A stretch of DNA of 42,520 nucleotides from a virus. Taxonomy: Duplodnaviria; Caudoviricetes. This document shows positions 32,901 to 41,700 of the stretch, one piece after another (within the stretch, counting starts at the first letter, position 1; every line of letters begins with the position of its first letter). The position numbers and the translations under genes were made by a program. The stretch is from positions 1-42,520 of the IMG/VR virus record IMGVR_UViG_3300005589_000052, one strand, 5' to 3'. The notes below the pieces were generated by a model that did not search any database, was not told where the DNA came from, and was given only the letters and a program-made list of their open reading frames with translations.

Positions 32901-34454
32901 CGCCGCGAAAGGCTTGCGACCGTTCGACGCGGTGAACTCCTGTTCGTAGATCGCCGCCATCCGCAGCGTCAGCGCCGGGAAAGACTGCTTCGCCTCCTCG
33001 ACCAAGCGGCCAAACTCTTCCGAGCCCGCGCGCGCCTTCGAGTGCAGGATCTCGTGCAGCGCGACACCCGCAAGCATCTCATCCTGGAACTGCTTGTTGA
33101 CGATGACCACGCCGTCCACATAAGCACCCGGTGCCGCGTTCGCATCGTCAATCGTCACGATGGGCGGCAACTCTCCACCGCTTCCCACGATGTTGCTCAG
33201 CTTGGCGTGCAGGTCCAGCTCGCCCGTGGGGATGCTGTCCTGATCTGTGGCCATCTGGTCCGGGTCCACGACTTCAAAGGCAAGCTCGCCCTCGATGCCG
33301 GAACTCTTGGCGAATCGCGATACGGCCTCCTCCGGGCTCGCCTGAACGCGCTGCTCTCCGGTCGAGTCCTTGGCCGGGTCGAGCCCCTTCGACACCTCAG
33401 CGGCGCTGTCAAGCACCGTGCGGCCAACGTCCGCCTCGATGGAGTTCGCGATGGACTTCATCCGGGCGCGCTCGCCGACCTGCTCGAACGTCATGCCCAT
33501 CTGGGCGAGACCCGAGCCGACGATGCCGCCGATCATTGCGTTTCGCCCAACCTCGGACGCGATTGCCTCCCACTCTTCGGGCTCGGCGTACTGGAGGATC
33601 TGCTGCGCGATCATCTTCTCAGAGAAGGTTTGCGCGCCTTCCTGTGCGGCTTCCTGAAGCCCCTCAGCCGCAACGGTGGGGAATGCCTGCGCCACCTTCT
33701 TGAGTGCGCCCCCGCTCCGCTTGTCGATGTTCGCGAGCGCCTGCCCGATCTTGCCGAGCTGGCCCGTGCCGCCGATGGCCAAGCCTTCCGAAGCGCCGAC
33801 CGCAGACCCGAGCGCGAACGCCGCCCATTGGGTTGCCGTGTCCGCACCGTTTGCCTCAGCGTCACGGAACTGGGATTGCGCCTGAACAAGCGCGCCGATC
33901 CGAGCCGCGTGCTGGGCGACCGTCGTGCCGAGCCCGATGTCCACGGCCTTCGCCGCGCGCCCCGCCTGACCGAGCGCCTTGCCCGCTGTTCCGAACGTCC
34001 TCGATCCCGCGCCCATGATGAGCCCGCCGCCGATCATCGCCGCCGCAGACCCCGCGCCGCTCGCGAGCTCGGAGCCAAAGCCCGGCTGGACAAGGCGCTG
34101 ACCGTCAGAGGCGAGCATCGCATCCTCGTTGACCGCAGGCAGGTCGCGAATCCCTTGCGCAGCGCGGCGCAGCGTGTCGCTGCCCGTGGCCATTCCGGCA
34201 ACCTCGACCGGGGCCGCGACGACCTCCATCGCGCCCTCAGAGAATGAGCGCGTGGCGTTGTAGACGTTGGCTAGCGCCCGCTGCGCCCCCGTCATGCTGT
34301 CGCGCTCGACCTCAGCCGGGATCGGCTTGGACTCGAAGCCCGCGCCTTTCAGCCGTTCACGCAGCGCAGCCGCAGCGCCCTCGGGCACCTTCGGCTTGTC
34401 CTCTTTGGCAAGCGCCGCGAACTTGGAGCGGATGTCGCTCAAGACCCGCCCCAT
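26991..34454 (-). CDS. large polyvalent ejection protein: zincin metallopeptidase, two ART-like domains, LPD38-like C-terminus
   Basis: 2487 aa; HEILH...EE; LVALHNL...PSLAI; WFGESKVVDEQGRPLVVYHGT...SPTQIKSATGNQGTF; AKTLTIDFNTRG...LSVPMPYGY. Confidence 0.8.
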   Translation of the reverse strand: MGRVLSDIRSKFAALAKEDKPKVPEGAAAALRERLKGAGFESKPIPAEVERDSMTGAQRALANVYNATRSFSEGAMEVVAAPVEVAGMATGSDTLRRAAQGIRDLPAVNEDAMLASDGQRLVQPGFGSELASGAGSAAAMIGGGLIMGAGSRTFGTAGKALGQAGRAAKAVDIGLGTTVAQHAARIGALVQAQSQFRDAEANGADTATQWAAFALGSAVGASEGLAIGGTGQLGKIGQALANIDKRSGGALKKVAQAFPTVAAEGLQEAAQEGAQTFSEKMIAQQILQYAEPEEWEAIASEVGRNAMIGGIVGSGLAQMGMTFEQVGERARMKSIANSIEADVGRTVLDSAAEVSKGLDPAKDSTGEQRVQASPEEAVSRFAKSSGIEGELAFEVVDPDQMATDQDSIPTGELDLHAKLSNIVGSGGELPPIVTIDDANAAPGAYVDGVVIVNKQFQDEMLAGVALHEILHSKARAGSEEFGRLVEEAKQSFPALTLRMAAIYEQEFTASNGRKPFAALPDGPERTALLVEEGFAWGAQNMSRLVDSLVQNPESIKPSDVAEFKGVLQRIAAWLKDAVSKLTRGRISPAKRTQALANLDSILKEQAGRTTKAGAKPDEVVAMAKELARIMREAKIETLPAAPQKGTPQWWESTLTFEALPTEEDQAMADEAAQMDQEAEAAAEPLPKTPKEKQAEAKKKAAEDAAKAKEVKPKAKAVAPEIDEKLTPAQRKRLKQKRNRDAKRLRAERGEVPRPASERGPERTYRRDAGPTAAEAAIEDYERGIDRWAVVPGDDSLVALHNLSAENLAHAEEIGGIALPSLAIRKVSHGPVDGFGRITLIADRDMVDPERGVPVAESDAWTVRHPRMKFRRDDKAAQAVVDELKPHLEAAGMTTWGAFDNLRAENVGWNKGRDEAESVFTRRNSRWRLAFAESIGKPVRPFMKSPPIGGVLAGEDADLLKYLEREVRGQIDFESQAHLRLSDEVAAAVARIYPSDMSSRSDWPDTFNEDGLIYFGSLGGYERAAGALREGRTPDWTRRVKAAERKTGEEAYRNWYMSLLDRIWRDPYIEMGRRKVPYSLSAVVDAMLANSGKAKEESATYGPGKVRAAVAREFGSIQDIRAAASRLTNSFSEYEETVQKPLMDAYHEAVLPAYKWDSTFDALDGSMKALASSVSRGKVVPAKLRRALRRNDFAGDIERGVEAGVRLGEAILAAPSEYFEAKPQRAVAISEFKAALVPKGDAASIAILERAGVPVTAYSGTEARANALEKAARKSKRSGDDIRFATSPTIEVDGTERPRLNSEGRPIAGTDEALRAFYRWFGESKVVDEQGRPLVVYHGTTGEFYAFSKSMRGAITKAESAKEGFFFIDRADVAGEYAEAFGSRDAREAQRAVEETEAKARQTGKASDWDANAAAVEEYERIELEEEPKRKTPLGSNILPVYLSIQDPRSFNFKGEMWDEGRLHSELKAAQSAGRDGQVFENVHDDPVEDRIGTVYVAFSPTQIKSATGNQGTFSPSDPDIRRATAPQEGDLADVAQEGEDSMRSIQFDRLSRFDQARRAFQDFFLPVRQLQKALEEEAGAEMPDEMNVSRAQRLYYGKLDEALNANREKVEKELSSILGKDITLEEAHDYALAKHAPEANAYIYKQGVEAQKAHDALEAWKEAKRKWDAYNKDVADGIAVRRERPSKPGRKPAAPDADWMRKKKGGGQEAILWHPESNPASSVRSSVATKLVRDLESGPLADRYKRLDAFLRRQSRKRIKILRESGEMSPALEEAIAKTGFKHYVPLVHEMKRRGKPKMGMAKGFQSTGPGIKRRGGRKSAPDNVVLNTVRAVEDAIFKAEKKRVVDTLRKLIEAFPDKNFWNIYDVPVKVKMDQDGIMREHWEMREDWREDAIQFYDGEGKGRKAKVIVFNDKAQALSRAFKGGNVEESGAIMKAMRAYVRYQSAINTSLNLEFVFTNFVKDLQTAGLVLGEGQGWKAAKDISKRAPSAVRGIYRSQRGKDSEWTPWWDRLRAAGGKTGYFHARGVEEIQADMEKAIRKAMDSPEGLRKGIDYAAKVLEFITELNEAVENGVRLSAFRYAVEELGMSDTQAAELAKTLTIDFNTRGEQRWLSGMYMFANAGIQGTARMMASTVTTKRGRKIAASIMLFAAMLDQLNYWLSGDDDDGRSRWDANPEHEKDRYLQIYTGMGESGYLSVPMPYGYSFFATAGRTMSAMARTSAGRGETGALEGFANMASSAMSSFSPVGDAHDVSYQSALRLLSPTITDPLVELAVNQDWKGSKIYSGASDFDRTPGPRSESGRDYTADVWKDAARLMNSATGGDKFSSGGVDIHPETLRYIFGVGLGGTARVFNNALDAGSLATKGDMSAAAARAPFVRHLFREESARKGYYDYYANSQDVLVQADLYENYLASEEPGHDLKAAELYAEVGPVIDLAGEVKLLEKIRKQMQKEIAATTDDDERARLEVELYAEIRAFNRTFQEAKSDQ

Positions 34455-35944
34455 GCAGCGCTGCCCATGTCGTCGTCATAGCGCGGCTTCGAGTCACGCT
34501 TTTTCTTCTCCGCCTTGGCCGTCTTCGCCTCCTCCGCCATGTCGATCATGCGGACGATGCGCCCGGCAAGAAGCTGGGCGTACTGCGGGTCTTCGGCTTG
34601 GATCTGCTCGATGATCCCGAACACGTGGTCTGCCCAAGCCTCTTGCTCGGTGCCGCCCTCGGGGATCTCGATCTCCACGGGTCCACCGCTCAGGCTCTCA
34701 GCAAGCGCGCCAAGCTGATCGGTCAAGCGCGAATCCACTTGCTCCGCGTCCATGCCCGAGAAGTTCACGCCGTCAAGCTGCCCAATGACCTGCCGCTTGG
34801 CCTCGATCGCTTGCACCTCTTCCGGGGTCTTGCCCTCCATCGAGCGGTCGTTCGCCGTCTCGACTTCGGGCTCGCCAGCTACAGGGGATGCGTGCTCCGG
34901 ACTCGCCGCACCTTGCATCGACTTGGGGGCCGGGATGTCCACCCCGTACTCGTCGTTGAGCGCCTTGAGCATTTCGGCACTGCGGGACCGCAGCGTCGGG
35001 TCGGTCAGGATCTGCTCGCGCGCATCGTAGTAGCTGCGCATCCGCATGTTCTCCTGTTCCATGCGTTGCTTCTGGTACGGGTTGAGTCGGTGCTTCACGT
35101 CGGCGACACGCTCGTAAGCAGCGTCAAAGTCGAAGTCGTCAAGGCCAAACTCAAGCGCGGCCTGAATCTCGCTGATCGTGTCCGCCATGTCGCCCGCCTG
35201 ACTGTTCAGCCACGCGGATTCGTCGGGGTCGTTCGTCTGCTGCGCCGACTGCGCGAAGTTCGCTTGGTTGATCGCGGCTTGCTCCAAGAAGCGGGTGGCC
35301 CGGCCAAGGTTCACCTTCTCCTTGACCTTCTCTTCCTTGCGCTCGCGGATCGCCGTGTAGAGGTCTGCAATGTCGCCTTGCCCCTGCGCGATCTCCGCAC
35401 CCATCGCAAGGAACTCTTGGATCTCGCTCTGGTCAAACGCGCCCGTCTTCTCCGCCGTTGAGAGTTGGTCGTTGACCTTCCGGACAAGGATCTGGCGCTG
35501 CAACACGTCAAGCTGCTGCGCGTACGCCTGCCCCATCGCCTCAATGGCTCGCGGGTCCTTCATCGACCGGAGGGACTGCGCGAACTGCCCGGCAAGCGTG
35601 TCGAGCTGCGCGCGTTCCGGGCTGGGTTCCGGGCGCATGTAGCCGGGAGCCCCGGTGATCTCTGGTGCGATTGGCGGACCCTGCACGCCGGGAGCGAGCT
35701 GCCCGTGGCCGGGGACGGGTTCGGGGCCTTGAAGAGCAGGATCGTTCGGAATCTGCCCCTCAAGCGCTCGCAGCTTGGGCTCGACCATCGCGGTCTGAAC
35801 GGCCTTCAGCTCGTCCGCAAGGGCCTGCTTCTCCTCCTCCGCCCGCTTGAGCCTCTGCGCCGTGTCGATGCCCTCGTTAAGCCCTTTGCCGAGGCCCGCG
35901 CCGAACTGCGCTGCGCCCCCGCCTGTGATGATTTGAACGCCCAT
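34439..35944 (-). CDS. putative DNA ejection (internal virion) protein
   Basis: Gly-rich N-terminus, helical and A/Q/E-rich; lies before the polyvalent protein. Confidence 0.6.
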   Translation of the reverse strand: MGVQIITGGGAAQFGAGLGKGLNEGIDTAQRLKRAEEEKQALADELKAVQTAMVEPKLRALEGQIPNDPALQGPEPVPGHGQLAPGVQGPPIAPEITGAPGYMRPEPSPERAQLDTLAGQFAQSLRSMKDPRAIEAMGQAYAQQLDVLQRQILVRKVNDQLSTAEKTGAFDQSEIQEFLAMGAEIAQGQGDIADLYTAIRERKEEKVKEKVNLGRATRFLEQAAINQANFAQSAQQTNDPDESAWLNSQAGDMADTISEIQAALEFGLDDFDFDAAYERVADVKHRLNPYQKQRMEQENMRMRSYYDAREQILTDPTLRSRSAEMLKALNDEYGVDIPAPKSMQGAASPEHASPVAGEPEVETANDRSMEGKTPEEVQAIEAKRQVIGQLDGVNFSGMDAEQVDSRLTDQLGALAESLSGGPVEIEIPEGGTEQEAWADHVFGIIEQIQAEDPQYAQLLAGRIVRMIDMAEEAKTAKAEKKKRDSKPRYDDDMGSAAWGGS

Positions 35945-36511
35945 CTACTTGCCCCCAGGTAGGAAACCTGCTGCCCAGGAGCCGAGTCCCTTGCCAAGCG
36001 TTTCGCCAAGGCCAGAGAGGACCCCGCCACCCTGCGGGACGTACTGCGCGGCCACCGCATTCGCCGTGCTCGCCTTGTTCAAAGCCCAGTTGGCAATCGT
36101 GCTTGCGCCGGAGAACTTCGCGTTGGCGTGTTGCATGTCGAGGTTCGCGTTCTGCGCCCCGAGCGCTTCACCGAGCTGGCCGAGAGCTTGATTGGTTTGG
36201 GTTGCGACCTGCCCCGGAAGCTGCGCGGCAATCGTTCCGGAAAAGCCAGAGTCGGTCAGCGCTTGCTGTCCTGCGGCTAGGGCTTGCTTGCCCTGCCCCA
36301 TGATCTGCATCGTCGCTGTCTCGCCCGCTTTGCCGAGGTTGGCTTTGGCGTTGGCATACCCCGTGTCAATCCCCGCGAGATGCTGCATGAGCAGAGACTC
36401 GCCCAGGCTCGCGGAAGCGCTGTACTGCCCCTTGAGCCAAGCGTTCTCAGCCTTGTTGGCCTTCGCCGCCGACCCGAAGCCACCGTCAAGGAAGTTTGAA
36501 AAAATGCTCAT
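35945..36511 (-). CDS. putative DNA ejection/pilot protein (P22 gp7-like position)
   Basis: G/A/Q-rich with Gly-rich amphipathic ends. Confidence 0.6.
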   Translation of the reverse strand: MSIFSNFLDGGFGSAAKANKAENAWLKGQYSASASLGESLLMQHLAGIDTGYANAKANLGKAGETATMQIMGQGKQALAAGQQALTDSGFSGTIAAQLPGQVATQTNQALGQLGEALGAQNANLDMQHANAKFSGASTIANWALNKASTANAVAAQYVPQGGGVLSGLGETLGKGLGSWAAGFLPGGK

Positions 36512-36759
36512 CCGTTGCTCTCCGATTCGGCCTGTGCCTGCTTGATAGTTTCCAGTTCTGCCTTGAGGGCTTCAACATCCGATTGGGATGCTAGGCCAAG
36601 TTGGTCGGCCCGAAGTCGCAGCCGCCTCTGCGGGTCCGTCGTGAACTCGCCACCAAGCTCGGCTTGCGATCCAAGCACGCCAGCCCTACGGCGACGCACA
36701 TCGTCAATCTGTCGGCCCTGGTCGCCCACGCCGCGCAGCCGTTCCTTGCGAATGCTCAT
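36508..36759 (-). CDS. small tail-associated protein
   Basis: Start re-called at ATG 36759; ATGA overlaps at both ends. Confidence 0.6.
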   Translation of the reverse strand: MSIRKERLRGVGDQGRQIDDVRRRRAGVLGSQAELGGEFTTDPQRRLRLRADQLGLASQSDVEALKAELETIKQAQAESESNG

Positions 36760-38285
36760 GCTCTGCTTCTCCGTGGTCCGCTTGCCATGAGGTCCGCGCG
36801 AATCTCCTCGACGGCGAATCCCGAGTTCTGTTTGTTGTTGCGCAGTCGAAGCCACAGATACGACCCTCGCGCCCGTGCCGAAATGCGCGGGTTCTGCCCA
36901 GGCTCGAACGACCCCGATGCAACAAGGCTCGCGTACGCCAACGGGTCATTCCCATCAGCCAAGGACGGGGCATCGGTCGAGAAGATCTCGAAGCTGCACC
37001 CGCCCTCCTCGTTCGCCAAGATCGCTTTGATCCGGCCAATCGCTACGTCGTAGTCCCCGCCGCTCTGGATCGGGCCAATCGTCACATAGGCATCAATCGG
37101 TACCTCGTCGTCGTTCTTGACAAGATCGCTCAGTGAACGAACGTATCCGTCCTGGCACCCAAAGATCAGCTTGCGGTCCGCCACTTGGTCGCCGTCCGCT
37201 GCCCAAGACGAGAACGGAATCAGCGAAGTCGAGCCCACGCGGTCAGGCCACCAAGCGTTCATCTTCCGCGACCACCGCCAGGCACGGGTGATCGTCAGGC
37301 TCTCAGCGTTGTACGGGATCTGCGAGACCACAAGCTCGTCGTGGCTGTAGTCCCATTCGAGTTCCAAGCGGTAGTCGCGTTGGTCAATCGCCTCGAAGTC
37401 AGCCTGGACCGTCACGTCCTGGTTGCCAGCCGCGTCCGAAATGGACTCGGGCAAGCTGCCGGGGTTCATGCGGTAGACCCCGCCTTTCGACGCGAAGAAG
37501 TAGATCGTCCCGTTCTGGTCCTTTGCCCACGAGTTGCCGAACGCCATGCCGACCTCATCGGAAACCGTGTCGATCTCGCCGCCAGCAAGCGGGTCGCCGC
37601 GCATGAGCAAGATCGAGCCCGAGCAGCCAAGATAGAGGTAGTCGTCCTGCCCAGGGATCAGGGCTTGGATGATGTCGCCAGAGAACTTCGCCACCGTCGA
37701 ATCGGCCACCGCGTCCGTTACCGTGGGGACCGTTGGGAAATACTCCCAATCGTGCGGGTCATTGGCCGCGCTCATGTACCACTTCGTGCCCCCCGCCAAG
37801 ACAAGGCGCTTGCGGTATGCGCACGCGAGACGGCACTTCTGTGGAACCTCGCCCGCCCCAATCGCCTCGAACTTCGCAAGTGTGCCCTTCTTCGGGTCAT
37901 ACACGACTTCGCTCAAGCCGTCGCCAATGTAGACCTTGCCCGCGACCTCGACGTACCAGTACGCCGTAGAGTCCGACGAAAGCTGCGGGTCTGCCGCATC
38001 GTCGAACGCCACCCACCCCAGCACGCCTTGAACGTGAACGATGCCGCCCGAAACGCCGATGAGCGTGCGCAACCGACCCTGCCCGTTCGCTGCGTTGGTC
38101 GCCTCCGCGATGCGGTACTTGTGCAGGCTCTCTTGGTCGCTAGCCTGGGACTCGTTGCTGTCCGCCTCCGTCGCAACGTAGATGAACTCCGGCCTCGGTG
38201 TCACGCCCAGGCTGAAGTCCACGGCAGAGCCCAGGGAGATGACCCCCGAGCTTGCTGGTTGGTTGAGGAGGAAGAGGAGGGTCAC
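36756..38285 (-). CDS. tail nozzle / P22 gp10-like protein (C-terminal portion)
   Basis: AYRKRLVLAG, WYMS..DP.DW, GDIIQAL, LIFGCQDGYV, DAYVTIGP, ARG...LRL motifs. Confidence 0.75.
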   Translation of the reverse strand: MTLLFLLNQPASSGVISLGSAVDFSLGVTPRPEFIYVATEADSNESQASDQESLHKYRIAEATNAANGQGRLRTLIGVSGGIVHVQGVLGWVAFDDAADPQLSSDSTAYWYVEVAGKVYIGDGLSEVVYDPKKGTLAKFEAIGAGEVPQKCRLACAYRKRLVLAGGTKWYMSAANDPHDWEYFPTVPTVTDAVADSTVAKFSGDIIQALIPGQDDYLYLGCSGSILLMRGDPLAGGEIDTVSDEVGMAFGNSWAKDQNGTIYFFASKGGVYRMNPGSLPESISDAAGNQDVTVQADFEAIDQRDYRLELEWDYSHDELVVSQIPYNAESLTITRAWRWSRKMNAWWPDRVGSTSLIPFSSWAADGDQVADRKLIFGCQDGYVRSLSDLVKNDDEVPIDAYVTIGPIQSGGDYDVAIGRIKAILANEEGGCSFEIFSTDAPSLADGNDPLAYASLVASGSFEPGQNPRISARARGSYLWLRLRNNKQNSGFAVEEIRADLMASGPRRSRA

Positions 38286-38746
38286 TTGGCGAAGAGAATG
38301 ATGGTGCAGGCGGAAGCGCCGCCCTCAGCCGTCTTGACCTTGGCCTTGATCGACGAGACAGCGGAATCAACTTGCGCGATCCCCTCTCCCGTCACCTCAC
38401 AGCTCAAGGCCACATAGTTGGTGTCGTCAACAGAGCCCAAGACTTCGACCACGTGTGTCGTGTGAGCGCCCGTAGAGCCGACGACTTGCACGCCAATACG
38501 CCCGGCCTGCGACACGTCGAGCGCTGCGGTGATTGAAGCCGTATCGTTCGTGTCCACACTCGCGGTGGAGAGCGAAACGAACGAGTTTGCCACCGACGCG
38601 ACGGGCATGGGGGTCGCGGTGTCGATGTAGTTCGTGACTCCGCTGCCACCCCAGACGGGCTTGACACCGGGGAAGATCTTGGACGAGACCTCTTCGACGG
38701 CGTGCAGCTCGCCCGTCGCGGGCAGGGTTACGGTGATCCAGGACAT
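38282..38746 (-). CDS. beta-rich tail-associated protein
   Basis: VKPVWGGSG...TPMPV motif and VLGSVDDTNY jelly-roll-like pattern. Confidence 0.6.
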   Translation of the reverse strand: MSWITVTLPATGELHAVEEVSSKIFPGVKPVWGGSGVTNYIDTATPMPVASVANSFVSLSTASVDTNDTASITAALDVSQAGRIGVQVVGSTGAHTTHVVEVLGSVDDTNYVALSCEVTGEGIAQVDSAVSSIKAKVKTAEGGASACTIILFAK

Positions 38747-38747
38747 G

Positions 38748-41700
38748 TCAGTCGCTCACGTTGTAGTCAGGGGTCGAGTTCGGAAAGGCCACGGCGTAAG
38801 CGTTCTGATAGCTGGCGCTGCCGTGGTTGAGAGTCGTCAGGCGAAACAGAATGTCGCCGTCAGGGTTGTAGGCGCGGACCGCGTCCTTGGCCGGGTTGTT
38901 CAGGTACACAGACCCAGGAGGGAACGGCACGTAGAAGTTGCCAAACACGTCCGTCGTGCATCGGATCGTGACATCCGCCGTGAAGTTCGCCTTGTTCGTG
39001 TCGGGAGGGTAGGGCAACGCTTGGTGATACCAGCCAATGCTGCGGAGGCTCGGAGATGCTGAGGTTGTCGGGGAGTCGATGATCCGCCCCATGCAGAACT
39101 GCGAGCCACCAGAAGCCGAGCTGCCCGGACCGACAACGAACACATCACCATCAAGGCCAACAGCCACGCCGCTTGTTGCGGGCGCATCGGTGAACCCAGT
39201 GACCCCGCCCGTCCCGTTCAAGTCTTCCGAGAACAGGTCTCCGCCCGTCCCCGCGCCGTAGACGTTCGCAGCCAGCAGGCACCAAAGCATTCGCCCAGAG
39301 GCATCGTGTTTGGCAAGTAGCGCTTCCGGCGTGCGCAGTCGCGGCGGCCACGCTTGCCCGGATGATGGGAACTCCGAGGTCAGCGGGACATCGTGCGCCT
39401 TGCCCGCTGAGGTGCCCGCGCCGTTGCCCGGATAGTGCGGGTGCGGGTAGCTCGCGGTCGTGGATTGCAGCTTGTTCTGCAAGCCCGCCTTGTGCATTAG
39501 GTACCCCTCAACCTTCTCCATCTCGGTTGAAGTGAAGTTGTTGGCCGTGCTTGTCCAAGACTGGTCCGCCACCGTGTCAAGAGCCGCGTGCGAGTTCGCC
39601 GCATACTTCGGATGCGTCATCACCGTTGGGTATGGGTAATACGTCTCACCGCCCAGCTCGATGCCGCCCTCTGGTCCAGTGCGGTTTCCGATCACGAGGA
39701 TTTCTTTGATCTCGCCCACGTACGGCTTGACCTTGCCGAGCGCCCACGGGATGCCGAGGCCCGTCGCCTGAAGGTCCACGTTGTAATCGAGTTCACGGTC
39801 GGCCACCGTTGGAGTCGTGCCCACATCGCTCGGGCCCGTGTACGCAGTCGGCAAGCCCTCCCATCGGTCGATTGGCTCGCCGTTGATTCGCCACACGCAG
39901 CGCGAGTGCAGGTTTCGGTCAAAGACGGCTTGGACCGTGTACTCGCCATTCGTCACGGGGGTCCCAAGCGCGAGCGTGCCGCCGTTGCCCTTCGTACCGC
40001 TGACCGTCCCGCCGTTGATGTAGAGCGTGCAGGCCGTGGCGTTTGGGATGCCCGGTAGCCAAGTCGAGTCGTCCGGCGTGAACAGGTTTGTCCCCGTGAC
40101 CGTGCCCGTGACCTCATAGCACTCGTTCAGCCCGCCGTCATATTGTAGCGTCATCACGCACCAGCCCTGGCTTTCGACGTTCGAGGTCAGGTCCGCGTAC
40201 TGCCCCTCTTTCGGCCAGCCGTAGAGACCCGCGCCACGGTTGACGGGCATCCCCGGCCAATCAAAGTCCGACGTGCCGACTGTCCACGCGCCCGCAGCAT
40301 AACCGTCGCTGTCGTGCGCCCCCGTGAACCGATATCCAGAGCTTGGAGTGTACGGACGCGCATAGCCAGGAGCCGACGCGCCTGCGATTGAGTCCGAACG
40401 CCCCCAGCAAAACAGATCGTCGTCCGTGTCTGGAACGCCTGCCGAAGTCGAGTTGACGATGATTCCCGTGCAGAACGCTCGCGTGTCCGACGAATCGAAG
40501 TAAGCGTTCGCCGTCCCGCCATACTTGCGATGGTGGAACTGGTTGATGAGGAACCGGCGCTCGTTGATCGGCTTCCCGTCCGCATCCTTCTCGGTCGGGT
40601 CGGTCGCGGTCGATGGGCGGCACAAGATGAACATCGTCCAAGCCGCTTCCCCGTGGTTCGGCAACGCGCTCAAGCACGAGTCACGATCCGCAAAGATGCC
40701 ACCACCCGGCTTCGAGAATAAGCCCTGCTTGCCGTTGAAGCTAAGAGTTGCGCCCTCGATGCTGGACTTCTTGTTGAGCGTGGGGCCGGGGCGAGTTACG
40801 CCTGCTCCCTGCTCCGGAATGCCAAGCCCCCAATCGCGACCGTTGCCAGATCGGTCCTCCCAGACCTTGACCTCCGATCCATGATCCAGGTACCCCGCCA
40901 AGTCGTCGGCATCCCACCAACCCCAGACGCGGTCCTCGAAGTTGTCCATCTCGTAGGGAGTCCACGACTCAAGCGGAATCCCCACCCCAGGCTTGCCGGG
41001 TGTCGTGTTGCGGTTCTCAAAGTACGGGTGTCCCGTGTACGTGGAGCCGTCTGCCGCGACATCCATGCACGTTGACGGATAGGGCACCGGGTAGCTCGCC
41101 GTGAGCTGAGGGGCCGCGAGGGGCAGGCTCCCGAAGGTCCAGACGTAGCTGCGCCGCTTCGCGTCGAACTGCACCAGCGCTTTCAGCTCCGCGCCGTCCA
41201 TCTTGAGTTCGCGCACCCAGCCATCGACCCGGTATTCCCACTCAAGGACGGGCTCGGTGTTGCCCTCAATGTCGATCTGCTTTTGGCGGACACGGTAGAT
41301 CGCGGCACCGCTCGCGCCAGATGCGCCGCCGTCCACCGCCACATGGATAGCTTCGTCGGGCCCAAGCGCCATCGGGGACAGCCGGAACGCCTTGTTCGCC
41401 AAGCTGATCGAGAACGACCACTGCACCACGCCGGACGCGTTGCGCTTCTCGATCACGTTGCCCGAGAGGTTGTAGACGTTGCCCGAGATGGGCGCTACCG
41501 CGACGTTGCGCGTGTCCTTCTTCTGGCTCGTGAACTTCTTCCACACCAGCGTGTGCTTGGTGCGCCCGTCGCCGTTCGATTCAAGCTCGTCCTCGGTCGC
41601 CTCGTAGGTCACGGACTTGTTTGCCGTCAGCACCGTCGCAATCACCTGGACCGGGCCGGGCATCGCGTACGGGTAGTGCTTCTCCATGCCGGGGCGCTGC

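Noticed and set aside
32376-35461. Long plus-strand ORFs (623 aa, 405 aa) and similar ones at 4021-5184, 5588-6535, 7048-8055 and 37185-38417
   Set aside because: Antisense shadows of real minus-strand genes, expected at high GC; Arg/Leu/Val-biased with no motifs or RBS
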